Notes: generated by a model not told the origin, from the letters alone. Counted from the stretch's first letter, positions 12,148 to 25,024 are shown. The stretch is 64,000 bases of DNA from Octopus vulgaris (GCA_951406725.2 OX597820.1:11966001-12030000); one strand, 5' to 3'. Program-made: numbers and translations.

Positions 12148-12379
12148 GGCGGCGAGCTAGCAGAAACGTTAGCAGGCCGGGCGAAATGCTCAGCGGTATT
12201 TCGTCTGCCGTTACGTTCTGAGTTCATATTCCGCCGAGGTTGACTTTGCCTTTCATCCTTTCGGGGTCGATAGATAAAGTACCAGTTACGCACTGGGGTC
12301 GATATAATCGACTTAATCCGTTTGTCTGTCCTAGTTTGTCCCCTCTGTGTTTAGCCCCTTGTGGGTAGTAAAGAAATAG
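12148..12379 (+). mobile_element. SINE A
   Basis: Full consensus match; GGTATTGAAATAT repeated on both sides (TSD-like). Confidence 0.92.
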
Positions 12380-12405
12380 GTATTGAAATATCCATTACTT
12401 ACTGA

Positions 12406-12480
<75 letters not shown>

Positions 12481-12705
12481 ATATTTATATATATGTATAT
12501 TTATGTATACACATATATTTATAGCCACTAAACCTTTTCTAAAATTTTCAACTATTTATGAAATGAATTAAACAATTTCATGTTATTTTCTCATGTTTCG
12601 TTGAGTCAAACTTAAATTTATGATTATTGTTACATGATTTTGTTGCATACATCGGAAAAGTGAACAGACATACACCCCACACCACCTGCACACACCACAC
12701 ACACA

Positions 12706-12782
<77 letters not shown>

Positions 12783-12933
12783 CACATACGTTTCTTGATT
12801 TCATTCGTTGCCATAAAACAAACACGTTGCGAAGAAATTCTTATAGCAGATCATTCTCCGGATTTGAACTGAGAGCAGCTTTGATAAAAGTATAATTCGC
12901 TCGCGGTTAACATTACTATATTTGATCATTCTG

Positions 12934-13320
12934 TGGAGGCGCAATGGCCCAGTGGTTAGGGCAGCGGACTCGCGGTCATAGGATCGCGGTTTCGATTCCC
13001 AGACCGGGCGTTGTGAGTGTTTATTGAGCGAAAACACCTAAAGCTCCACGAGGCTCCGGCAGGGGATGGTGGTGATCCCTGCTGTACTCTTACACCACAA
13101 CTTTCTCTCACTCTTACTTCCTGTTTCTGTTGTACCTGTATTTCAAAGGGCCGGCCTTGTCACTCTCTGCGTCACGCTGAATATTCCCGAGAACTACGTT
13201 AAGGGTACACGTGTCTGTGGAGTGCTCAGCCACTTACACGTTAATTTCACGAGCAGGCTGTTCCGTTGATTCGGATCAACCGGAACCCTCGTCGTCGTAA
13301 CCGACGGAGTGCTTCCATCC
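12934..13320 (+). mobile_element. tRNA-derived SINE family D (tail type 1)
   Basis: Head TGGCCCAGTGGTTAGGGCAGCGG..GGTTTCGATTCCC with A/B boxes; 14-bp TSD ATTTGATCATTCTG at 12920-12933 and 13321-13334. Confidence 0.9.
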
Positions 13321-13879
13321 ATTTGATCATTCTGATCAAAGCTGGCTACAATGCACACCTGAACATAACCAACTATCGATAGTTTTAATGGGAGTTGACA
13401 GGTATTAAATAAACTGTTTTCGTGATTAAAGATAAAGGGAACCTTCAAAAATGTTTGTTAAAAAGAAAGGCTTTGATTTAATATCTCGGTAAAAATCATA
13501 TTTCCAGGCGGAGGTTATGCCTTTCGTCCCACGTTCATAAGACATCTCACATCTCTCTCTACTATTTAACTATCTTATGTTTCACACAGGGCTGAGAAAT
13601 ATTTTAAGCATAGCTTTTACACATGCATCTAACTACAAAAGTACAGTCGCACGCCGTGCATATTTCTTTTTATTCAAATTTATTAAAACAACTTGTCAGT
13701 TATATCATCTGCATTACATTCAAATCATTCAAATTATTCAAACCATAAGCGAATACATATTGTCTTGTTTTTATTATGCATGTGATTTAGAGCACGTGAC
13801 CGTGTTTGTACATGTGTTTTTGTATTTATGTAAATGTATTCGGTCGTTTCTGTGTATGCTGCTGTACGTGTGTTTGTAT

Positions 13880-14010
13880 ATGTATGCATGTATGTATGTA
13901 TGTATGTATGTATGTATGTATGTATGTATGTATGTATGTATGTATGTATGTATGTATGTATGTATGCATGCATGCATGTATGTATGTATGTATGTATTTA
14001 TGTATGTATA
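13880..14010. repeat. (TATG)n
   Basis: Direct reading. Confidence 0.95.
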
Positions 14011-14017
14011 AATAGAT

Positions 14018-14690
14018 AGGCGCAGGAGTGGCTGTGTGGTAAGTAGCTTGCTTACCAAACACATGGTTCCGGGTTCAGTCCCACTGCGTGGCATCTTGGG
14101 CAAGTGTCTTCTGCTATAGCTATAGCCCCGGGCCGACCAATGCCTTGTGAGTGGATTTGGTAGACGGAAACTGAAAGAAAGCCTGTCGTATATATGTATA
14201 TATGTATATATATATGTGTGTGTGTGTATATGTTTGTGTGTCTGTGTTTGTCCCCCTAGCATTGCTTGACAACCGATGCTGGTGTGTTTACGTCCCCGTC
14301 ACTTAGCAGTTTCGGCAAAAGAGACCGATAGAATAAGTACTGGGCTTACAAAGAATAAGTCACGGGGTCGATTTGCTCGACTAAAGGCGGTGCTCCAGCA
14401 TGGCCGCAGTCAAATGACTGAAACAAGTAAAAGAGAGTAAAAGAGTATATATATATATGTATGTATGTATATGTGTGTGTGTGTGTGTGTGTGTATGTAT
14501 ATATGTTTGTGTGTCTCTGCTTGTCACCCCAACATCGCTTGGCAACCGATGCTGGTGTGTTCACGTCCCAGTAACTTAGCGGCTCGGCAAAGGATATCGA
14601 TATGCTTACAAAGAATAAATCCTTGCTCGACTAAAGACAGTGCTCCAGCATGACCGCTGTCAAATGACTGAAACAAATAAAAGAAAAAGA
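14018..14690 (+). mobile_element. SINE B, full length, plus a second 3' half
   Basis: GGCGCAGGAGTGGCTGTGTGG head, internal TA/TG microsatellite, tail CAGTCAAATGACTGAAACAAGTAAAAGAG; the 3' half repeats at ~14500-14690. Confidence 0.92.
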
Positions 14691-14692
14691 AA

Positions 14693-14950
<258 letters not shown>

Positions 14951-15616
14951 TTCTATTCTGTTACAATTTGCGTGCGTATTGTATGTGTATGGGCACGCGT
15001 GTATTTGTGTGCGTCTTCACGGGCGCACACGCACACGTTTTCTTGTTTCACAAACGAGATTACTATTACTGAAGAAATATTGTAGCGGTTATACTATTTA
15101 TTTATTCACAGCTGGTATTCACTCCGTCACTGCTCAGATTTCTCTGCTCTCAACGCTCGTCCAGGCAAAATATAATGGAAAAACAGGGAAAAAAAATGGC
15201 GTCTGTATTATCTCTATCAACCATTTAACGCATAGTTATTTATTTACTCTCCTACCTATCAAAAGATGAGACGACTTAAATGCCATACTTCACTTAAAGC
15301 ACACACTCAATGTGAAACAATCTATGGTGTGTGACGTGTATAGGTTATAATAGAAAATATATACGATTGTTTTGGTGTGTATTTTCTAATGAAATTACTC
15401 TCAATGTACCCAACTTGGCGTAAGTTATGCGGCAGAGCTAGTTTTATATGAATAAAGTGATGGATCCTTTACCAACTTGGTATACGGTCAAAATTTGTGC
15501 TTCTTTATTTGAGTGTGCAATTTGGCGATGTTCCTGCATCGTAATGGTTAGCACGCTTGCTTGATCAGCAGGATATCCGTTCGATTTTTTTTTACAACTA
15601 TATAACGTTTTATATT

Positions 15617-15800
15617 GTGTGTGTGTATGTATGTGTGTATGTATGTATGTATGTATGTATGTACGTATGTATGTATATATATGTGTGTGTGTATGCATTT
15701 ACCTACATTCCAACCTGTCTATTTATCCATCCGTATATGCATTTACACACACACATACACATTTGCAATATACATCCATACACAAATACAGAGGAAGAAG

Positions 15801-15865
<65 letters not shown>

Positions 15866-15866
15866 A

Positions 15867-15900
<34 letters not shown>

Positions 15901-15934
15901 CGTATGTGTATATATGTATGTGTGTATATGTTTG

Positions 15935-15965
<31 letters not shown>

Positions 15966-15980
15966 ATGTATACGTGTATG
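15617..15980. repeat. Compound TATG/TA/TG/TC microsatellite
   Basis: Direct reading. Confidence 0.9.
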
Positions 15981-16674
15981 TATTGGTATGCTTGTGTACT
16001 TATTCATAGCTATTCGTCTCTGCATAACTGCTTGCCTACATTTCCATCACAGTAACTAGACATACACTTACACACAGACGAATATATATCTATTACCATC
16101 TGCATTAGTTTATTTACTAATCTACAACGCCCGTCTAACGACCTCACCATCACCGTACCTACACATCAGCCCATATACCTATCCACAGTAGATATTTTCC
16201 ACGTGATTGGTCGAATGTACAAGCTAAATATAACTGCTAAATATCCTTCAAATTATACTGCACAGTCTTCAGAAGATGGGAGGCACATCAGATAGCGGTT
16301 TCCAAAATTTACAAAAGCAATGAAAGAACGTGATAACCATCGATTAAACGTCTTTGATCATAAGGCTTCCTATTTAATTTATTAATCTAAGTTTCCGTTT
16401 TCCAACCAATACCTTAAGTCTAGCATAGCGTAACACTTTTGTCTATTGTGGTTTGCTACAGTGTTATTGATAATTATATCTATAAATGTGTTATACAACA
16501 TTCTTTCGGTTACACAAAACAAGTGCAATCTGGTTCAGTTAGACTAAGTAATTCCAGTCACCGTAGCCATATTTCTATCTGTAACTTTATTCAGTAAATG
16601 CAAACTTGTGTTTACTTTTCAAGCAGAAAGAAGCTAACTTTACATGTATACAAACACTCAAATGAAACACGCAT

Positions 16675-16737
<63 letters not shown>

Positions 16738-16738
<1 letters not shown>

Positions 16739-18274
16739 TAGCATTATGACCCGTCGTTGCCGGTCATAGTGCTAGTGCATGTATATATGTGTGTACATAT
16801 TACATGTACATTTATATATATACATCTACACATAAAATACAAAATACAAAGTTGTATCTTGATATCGCTAGTGATAACAATACTCAAAATATATAACAGA
16901 CTGGAATTGTAGGCCCGTCTCTTGCAATTTCGATCAATTGTATCTTGTACTCCCTCTTGTATAGAAGTGTGGCTAAAATCCAGCCTACCTCTACTTCTGG
17001 GGGTGGGGGGCATTTAAAATTTTTATCCGAGACGTACTACGTCCCAGATATAAAGGTAAAAATAAAATATTTCCACTTTGCAAGGTTCGAGTCGAGTACT
17101 CCCTTGCACGCTCCGTTGACTTGAACCTTGCTTCTATTGTGTCGAATTTACCGCCTCTAGTTAGATATCTTTCATAGTCACACCAAGACACTTTTCGATT
17201 GTGCTTTCCTCCAGGTGTTCAAATCTTTTTTTCTCTACATTATATAATTTATAGACAATAATCTTTTCTTTAATTTAATTTTTTATTTCGTTTGTTGGTG
17301 TTATCCTAGATTCACCGTCTTTGTCGGTGATCAATCCGAAATAGGTTTGTATTTCTTCCATTTAAATTTTAATGAGTTCGCGCCCGCCGACAGCTGCAGC
17401 AAAATTCATTTTTGGACTTTCTTCTATCGAAGGCATTTTAACAAAAATGCTTCCGTTTAAACAATAACCAAAGCCCCTTCTCCCAAAGGGGGAGGGTTAC
17501 GGTTTACAATTATTTAACAAAGGCAACACAACAACGTTTCCCTTTCGAGGAACCAACAAACGTGATAACAATAGTTAAACAGTAATAATGATAACAAAAA
17601 ACCTTACGGTGAATCAAAAAGCAGTACGCAGTTGAAGCTATAGTCCTTTATGTATAAGAAATAAACCAACAGCAGTACTCAGTAGAAGCGGCTATTCGAG
17701 AAAATAGACATTACATACAGCCAAAATTCATATAGATACTTAATGCTAGCTAATGAGCAGATAATCTAATGTTAAAGCTGTGGTAAAAGGTATGTGCACA
17801 GCTCCATCTGGACTATTCCATTTCTGCACACTAATTTTATTTTTAATTTATTCCTATTCATGTGAAACCTCTTCTTCAAGTTCAAGTCATTGATGCAATT
17901 TTATATCAATTGCTATTTTTACTTTTGTTATGTTACGATTTAATTATTATATCATACTTTAGTTTGATTTTAATTATTACTTACTACATATAATTCAATT
18001 GTTATTATTATCTCTAATTTTTATTGTTAAAGTGAAAGTATCTGACATAAAATAGGGAAATATTTTTGTTTCACTTTTAACACGTAATACTGAAATAGTG
18101 GAGAAGATATGATATTGCTATGGGCTCGCCCTAGGCAAGAAGTTGAACATTGTTTTTTGCCCATGAATCTACATGGACCCTAAGTAAGGCATGTGTAAAA
18201 TTTGAATGAAGTTGGTTGTGTAGTTCTCAAGTTTTAGGGAAACGCACAGACAGACAGACACACATTCTCAGTTT

Positions 18275-18280
<6 letters not shown>
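16738..18280 (-). mobile_element. Non-autonomous Helitron with cargo
   Basis: CTAG end with palindrome at 16737-16776; 5' block (TATAAAACTGAGAATGTG..GTTTCCCTAAAACTTGAGAACTACACAACC on the - strand) shared with the element ending at 20608. Confidence 0.7.
16860..17435 (-). pseudogene. Decayed LINE ORF1-like fragment inside the Helitron
   Basis: MPSIEESPKMNFAAAVGG... and ARFKSTERAREY..LFLPLYLGRSTSRIKILNAP resemble an L1/Tx1-type ORF1 N-terminus; stops and frameshifts present. Confidence 0.35.
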
Positions 18281-18367
<87 letters not shown>

Positions 18368-18869
18368 TAGCAGAGATACCCGGCGTTGCTCGGTTACATT
18401 CACTTGGAGAATTAGACTTTTCTGTTATATTTTCTGTAATGAACTGGAATATCTATGTTTCGAATTTTATCAAAATTGCAGATGAGGGTTATTTCCCTCT
18501 TTACACACCCTAAAAAAATTGTAATCGTGTCACATGTATCCCATACTACTGATTTTTATGCACATATTCCGAAATTCCAGTGTTATTGAACCTGTTAAAA
18601 AGATTTTGCTCCTGAAAAATGAAGGTCATGTAGCTCTAAAATGTGAGTGTTAAGGCCCCTGTTGGGGGTGGGCATCTTAATGTCAACCAGGGAAGTTGAA
18701 TTGTTGAAAGTCTTTTTAACTTGGGTCTTATATCTATTGCTTGAATTTCTTTGAAATAGGAAATATATATTCACTGGGTTTGTAAAAGAGAGAAAAGCTA
18801 CAGGAAGCCAAAAGACGAATGATCACAATAAGCAGTCAGTTACCCTACCCTAGTCATTATCACTCCCAA

Positions 18870-19290
18870 TGTGGGATTCCTCACCATTCAGGTGACAGGC
18901 ACAGCCGTAAGATGCATTACGAATCTATAGCAATCGGAAGGGCGTAACCCAACTGAAGTGAGGGCTAAGGAGAAATTAAAGTGTCACCAATGGAGTTTGT
19001 AAATGACCACTATACTGATACGTAACTGGACAGAATAGATTTAAAATCTATAAATGTCTTTGAATAACCAGTCACTCATCTGCAAAGGCCTTGAAATCAA
19101 TGTTACTATCTGGGGACTATGTGTGACCGAGTGATAATAAAAAGACTGAAAGGAGGTCTGCAATCAAATAACTTTACTCAACACTTTGCAACTGAATCAG
19201 TGGAGGCAAAGATGCCTCTCATTTACTCGACAATTTATGCACCACATTGCAGAAATCACAATCTAAGTATATGTCAAAGCAAACTGTTAC
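18870..19290 (+). pseudogene. Possible hAT transposase fragment inside the Helitron
   Basis: GFLTIQVTGT and ..IYAPHCRNHNLSI resemble the hAT FSIxxDxT and HCxxHxL motifs; heavily decayed. Confidence 0.35.
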
Positions 19291-19660
19291 ACTGTTGTAC
19301 CATTGAATTAGATATAATGCCCAACTTTTATGCTCAGGTAACCCTACAGCTTCCAAGAGCACAACTGTATTCGTTTTCGCTTAGGTAAAATGACAAAATT
19401 GTGGGTGTTAAGTCCCCATGGAGGGGTCTTTCTAGCTTTGTAAGAAGATGAAATTTTATAAATATTACTTCATTTGTATCTAATATCTATGGTTAAAATT
19501 TCATCAGCAGCAAAAATATATGAATTGTCATGGGGGTTATGGCCCTTATGCATAGAATATAATTTCCAAATTTCATAAAGATCCATTCAGTACTCTGACC
19601 TAGTTTTGGATCATAAAAGAAATGACTAAAATTTGGGAGTTAAGGCTCCCATTAGGGTGT

Positions 19661-19737
<77 letters not shown>

Positions 19738-20053
19738 ACACACACACAAAGATAAATTGATAGATACAACTGAGTGAGCAAACAAAAATATGAGAACAGC
19801 CTAGTGCTTTTTTATGTTGATAAGCCTAGTACTTATTCTATTAGTTTGTTCTTGTGAAACCAGTAAGTTTTGTGGATGTAAATAAATGAACAGCAGTTGT
19901 GAAGCAGTGATGAGGGCGAAACACAGACACAAAGACACACACATACACTTACATATATACATATATATACGATTGATTTGTTTCAGTTCCTGTCTACGAA
20001 ATTCATATATATCGAGCCGAGCCGAGCCGAGCCGACAACACTTCCCTTTCGAA

Positions 20054-20297
20054 GAGACCTGCATGGGGTGGATGCAGATGTCTTTAAAATGAAACTGTAT
20101 CTCTTCTTGTCAGGTATCCCAGATGAACCAACTTCACGGCAGGAGGTGCAGATGAGGGCAGCTGCATCGAACTCTCTCATGCACCAAATGGCAATTGCTA
20201 AAAAGCATTCGTGATGTAAAATCATGTAGCAACACCAAATGGCGGTGCCCCAGCATGGCCACAGCTTGTGAGCTGAAACTAGATATAAAACAAAAAA
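20054..20297 (+). mobile_element. 5'-truncated CR1-like LINE 3' end
   Basis: Near-identical to the 3' part of the 10472-10870 element (RDLHGVDADVFK..AKKHS*); preceded by (CCGAG)n filler. Confidence 0.85.
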
Positions 20298-21383
20298 TGG
20301 GCTCGCTCTAGGTAAGAAGTTGAACATTTTTTTGCCCATGAAACTACATGGACCCTAAGTAAGGCATGTATAAAATTTGAATGAAATTGGTTGCGTAGTT
20401 CTCAAGTTTTAGGGAATCGTAGTGGAGAAGATATGATATTGCTGTGGGCTCGCCCTTGGCAAAAAGTTCAAAGTTTTTTTGCCGATGACACTCCCCGGAC
20501 CCTAAGTAAGGCATGTGTAAAATTTGAATGAAATTGGTTGTGTAGTTCTCAGGTTTTAGGGAAACAGACAGACAGACTCACATTCTCAGTTTTATGTATA
20601 TATATAGATGAACAGAGTAAGGAAAACATGTTTTGTGTACTTTGCGCTATGGGACATACATGTGTTTCGGCAAATCGCTGCGGGCCGGTAGCTGTGGACA
20701 GTCGCCACTCCGTCGACTGCGGGCCGGTAGCCGTGGACAGTCGCCCCAGTGGCGTCCAGAGCGAGCCCATGACACTACATGGCCCCTAAGTAAGGCATGT
20801 GTAAAATTTGAATGAAATTGGTCGTGTAGTTCCCAAGTTTTAGGGATTCATACAGACACACAAGAACACATATTCGCGCATAAACAGAGAAAAATAACAT
20901 TATATATGTGTGTGTGTTGGCAGGTAGGTATGCATGTAAGTATATGTACACATACATATATATATATACATACATACAAATACACTCACACATATATATA
21001 TATAAATACACTCACACATATATATATATAAATACACGCACGCATATACATACATATATAAACACACATACACACAATATGTAAGTATCTGCCATACATT
21101 ATGTGTCAAAATACATACGTATATACAGCGATAGAAATACAATTCCATACAAGCGTACACACTAGCTGAAAAAAATATATACCCAGAAATGAATACAAAG
21201 ACACACACATATATATATATACATATGCATAGAAATATGTATGTGGGAAGGACACGAACTTACGTAATTATCGGCGCGCAGACGATATTAAACCAAGAGG
21301 TGTACTTACATACAAAGACACACGCAAACAAATGACTAATGAAAGCACACACATTCAAATATGGACAAAACACACTTCTTGAG

Positions 21384-21430
<47 letters not shown>

Positions 21431-21599
21431 CTATATAGTCATATAATACATATTTATATACAAACTTGTATAGACTCATTATAATCAGAACGATTAATAT
21501 CTCGACTAATCGGAGCATTTCTAATTAAAGATGTTTAATTGGATACTTTTATTGGTTTTTCAGTTCTTTGTATCAATGTTTTCATCTGTTACACCCCCC

Positions 21600-21737
21600 G
21601 CCACTACCACCACCACCACTACCACCACCACCACTACCACCACCACCACTACCACCACCACCACTACCACCACCACCACTACCACCACCACCACTACCAC
21701 CACCACCACTACCACCACCACCACTACCACCACCACA
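21600..21737. repeat. 15-bp repeat (CCACTACCACCACCA)n
   Basis: About nine perfect units. Confidence 0.95.
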
Positions 21738-22222
21738 GCTACCATTTGTCTTTTTTGTTTTTATTTTCGTTTTTTTTTTGTTTTTTGTTTTTGGTGATGG
21801 TGGTGGTGGTGGGGGTTTGTTTGTAAAGTGACTCTTGTGAAAAAAAAGTTAATAGAACACCGAGTAAAATGCTTTGCGATATTTCTTCTTGCTTTTTTTA
21901 CTTTTCACGCTCAAATACCGCCGAGATCAAATTTGCATTTCATTCTTTCGTGGTCAATAAAGTAAAGTACAACTCGTGTACTGAGGATGATTTAATGGAC
22001 TAACCCCAAACATCACCACCACCACCACCACCGCTGCCACCGTCACCACCTCGATCACGTCCACGACGACGACGACGACCACCACCATTGCCATCACCAC
22101 TTGAACCCAAAGCTGTTGGCCTTGTGCTTAAATTAGATACTTTAATTAATATTCTGATTATGAGCACAATGAAGTGGCAGAATCGTAAGAGCATCGGAAA
22201 TATTTACGTTCTGAGTTCAAAT

Positions 22223-22605
22223 GGCTTGCATTACAGACATGAATTGTTGAAGTTTCATGTCGATGTCTGGCGAGGATAGACATTCAGGCCAGTTTTGTTT
22301 GAGGATCTCTTTCTCAATTTGTTTCCAGTTTGCCTTATGGAAGTTCAAGCTGGAAAGATTCTGAGAGTTTCTTGTAGGCTGCATGTCCATGCTATTATAG
22401 CAATGTAATATCTTCTCCACTATTTCAGTATTAAGTGTTAAAAGTGAAACAAAAAACATTTCTCTATTTTATGTCAGATGCTTTCACTTTAACAATAAAA
22501 ATAATAATAACAATTGAATTATATGTAGTAAGTAATAATTAAAATCAAACTAAAGTATAATATTATCGTAACATAACAAAAGTAAAAATAGCAATTGGTA
22601 TAAAA
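22223..22605. mobile_element. Chimeric insert (LINE ORF2 piece on -, Helitron internal piece) inside a diverged SINE A
   Basis: 22223-22395 translates LNFHKANWKQIEKEILKQNWPECL (post-endonuclease linker); 22397-22605 is the RC of ~17915-18122; 14-bp direct repeat TTCTGAGTTCAAAT on both sides. Confidence 0.7.
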
Positions 22606-22769
22606 TTCTGAGTTCAAATTCTGCCGAGGAGTTCAAGTAAAACGGTGAGGCTGATCTTTTAGAGAAAGCAAAAAAAGGTGAGAAGAATTAAAAAACCATT
22701 TGAAAGACTGAACGTTGGGGAAAACTTCATCAATTAACTACGATATTTTAAAACTGTGAAGACACACTT

Positions 22770-23055
22770 ACTAATTCTGTATGTACGTATATATGTATGT
22801 ATCTAAGCTGGACTCAAGAGTCATCTTCGTAGTCATAAAACGGGACAGATGAGTGACAACCTGGCCACTGGTGGTGGTGGTGTTACACACCATACTAATC
22901 ATATCTGTCGGGCATGTGGAAGAGAGTGTAATTCGGCAGGAGGACTTAAACGACATGCAAAGGTACATGAAGCCCAGTTACAACTACAGCCGGCTATTAC
23001 CGGTAAACGTTTTAGCTGCCAATTCTGTACAAGACATTGTAGATCTTTAACGGGA
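22770..23055 (+). pseudogene. Fragment with tandem C2H2-like zinc fingers, probably an RTE-type LINE C-terminus
   Basis: In frame from 22807: AGLKSHLRSH..CRACGRECNSAGGLKRHAKVH..CQFCTRHCRSLTG; upstream stop and truncated third finger. Confidence 0.55.
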
Positions 23056-23262
23056 AGCTTTATGAAAATAAACAAAAGACGAAGGCAGGTGGAATACAAA
23101 CAAACAATTGTATTAGTATGGCGCTCAGGAATATAAATAAAACAAGTCTTTTACGTTTCGAGCCTACGCTCTTCAACAGAAAGATACACAGAAAAGAAAC
23201 ACGGAGAGAAACAAGGAGAGAAAAAAAAAATGCGTGCAGAGGCTAGCGAATCAACATGGCGA
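23056..23262 (-). mobile_element. Short Penelope-like terminal-repeat element with a hammerhead-like motif (23147-23184)
   Basis: RC TCTTT-CTGTTGA-A-GAGC(GTAG)GCTC-GAAA-CG-TA-AAAGA; homologous to 31881-32030 and 39856-40046. Confidence 0.6.
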
Positions 23263-23496
23263 TTGTAGATCTTTAGCTGGGCTAAAAAGTCACATTCGAT
23301 CACAGCACCAATAACAGTTAAGTTTCGTGCAATGGCCATACTCGATAACGGGGTGGGGGGGGGCAGCCATCATGTATCTAAGAGTGTAACTGTGAATACA
23401 TCTGTACCTTTTGTTCTTAAGTTTGATGGAATGAGATGAGAAGATGATGGCAGTTTCATGACTTTCTGCTGCTCTGGGGATTGTCTCCCTTTATCT

Positions 23497-23749
23497 TAAC
23501 TCTTTTATTCTTTTATTCTTTTACTTGCTTCAGTCATTTGACTGTGGCCATGCTGGAGCACCGTCTTTAGTCGAGCACATCGACCCCCACGACTTATTCT
23601 TTGTAAGCCTAGTACTTATTCTATCGGTCTTTTTTGCCGAACCGCTAAGTAACGGGGACGTAAACACACCAACATCGGTTGTCAAGCGATGTTGGGGGGG
23701 GAAACAGTCACACAAACATAAACACACACACATACACACACATACACAC

Positions 23750-23782
<33 letters not shown>

Positions 23783-23836
23783 TACACACACTCACACACA
23801 CACTCACTCACACACTCACTCACACACTCACACACA

Positions 23837-23911
<75 letters not shown>

Positions 23912-24074
23912 GACGGGCTTCTTTCAGTTTCCGTCTACCAAATCCACTCCCAAGGTTTTGGTCAGCCCAAGGCTACAGTAGAAGACACTTGCCCAAGGTG
24001 CCACGCAGTGGGACTTAACCCAGAACCATGTAGTTCGTAAGCAAGCTACTTGCCACACAGCCACTCCTACGCCT
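23497..24074 (-). mobile_element. SINE B, full length, with expanded internal microsatellite
   Basis: RC of the 14018-14445 element. Confidence 0.92.
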
Positions 24075-24328
24075 GATAAAATATCTGCTTGGTTCTGATG
24101 ACCTCAACGTCAAATCTAGGCTACAGCATATCTGTGATTCTTGCACGTCTTCAACGCCAATATGGGCAATAAATTAATTTAGATATGCGAATTTAAATTA
24201 TATGGTCCTTCGATCCTATTGCTTCTCGCATATCTGTTCAAGCCACACTTAGTTTTCTTAAAAATTTGAATGTTATTCTATAAAATGTCATGTTCAATGT
24301 ATGAAATCTCACTTGTGACATCTTACCT

Positions 24329-24415
24329 GTTTAAAATTTTACCTGAAGATGGCGAATTATATGTTCTGATTTGATCAGTAACATTCTACCGAAATAGCTG
24401 TCGTAAATTTTAAAC
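24329..24415 (+). ncRNA. Type I hammerhead ribozyme motif
   Basis: Stem I GTTTAAAATTTTAC/GTAAATTTTAAAC, core CTGAAGA (24343-24349), long stem II (ATGTTCTGAT/ATCAGTAACAT closed by GG/CC), GAAA (24391), near-palindromic stem III ATAGCTGT, GUC cleavage triplet. Confidence 0.75.
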
Positions 24416-24651
24416 TCAAATTGTGTTCACTTTTTTTAAACGTCTACACCACATCTAGAACCAAACGTACAGTGTGGTCTACGGCTTAAATTAGATTTGG
24501 TACTTACCTATCAGCAGTATCCCACCAATTCTTGACACCATTGTGGTTTATGCCACTGAACTCTATTACTGTACCAAGCCATTTCTGGCGCCCTACTTGA
24601 TTTTGTGCCTAGGCTCTATTGAATCCTCACAACTAATTTACACACACACAA

Positions 24652-24990
24652 AGGTAAAGACCCGCTTCTGTCATGGATGACCATGGGATTGCACCTGGAA
24701 AGTTCCCCGCCAAGGCACAAGTCCGGGCAAAGTTGTTTATAGAAGACCAGTAAATCACCCATGTATACCAGCCTCTCTTCTCCACGCCATCGATGTTATC
24801 CAAGGGAAAGGTAAAGACCAATGCAGCTTGGCACCGGTGACGCCGGAACTCATTTCTGTAGCCGAATGAACGGAAGCAACGCAAAATAAAGTGTCTTGCT
24901 CAAGAACACAATGCACAACCCTGTCCGGGAATCGAACTCATTACCTCGTGATTGTGAACCCGACGCTCTAACCACTGAGCCACTCGCCAT
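24652..24990 (-). mobile_element. tRNA-derived SINE family C
   Basis: RC head TGGCTCAGTGGTTAGAGCG..GAGTTCGATTCCC, core GTGTTCTTGAGCAAGACACTTTA, tail GCAATCCCATGGTC. Confidence 0.9.
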
Positions 24991-25024
24991 CACACACACA
25001 CTTATATACAGAGAGAGAGGATTG

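Larger units (their letters stand above)
18367..20608 (-). mobile_element. Non-autonomous Helitron with cargo
   Basis: - strand starts TC at 20608 and ends CCGAGCAACGCCGGG-TATCTCTG-CTAG at 18367, in an A|T site; ~145-bp subterminal block duplicated (20297-20416, 20420-20563). Confidence 0.8.

Noticed and set aside
12934-13010. tRNA genes at SINE heads (also 41695, 46190-46260, 59510-59580)
   Set aside because: A/B boxes are present but they run straight into SINE bodies with TSDs, and no complete acceptor stem is evident.
21531-21831. (PPPPL)n formin/extensin-like ORF
   Set aside because: Perfect 15-bp repeat open in all frames, with no flanking domain.
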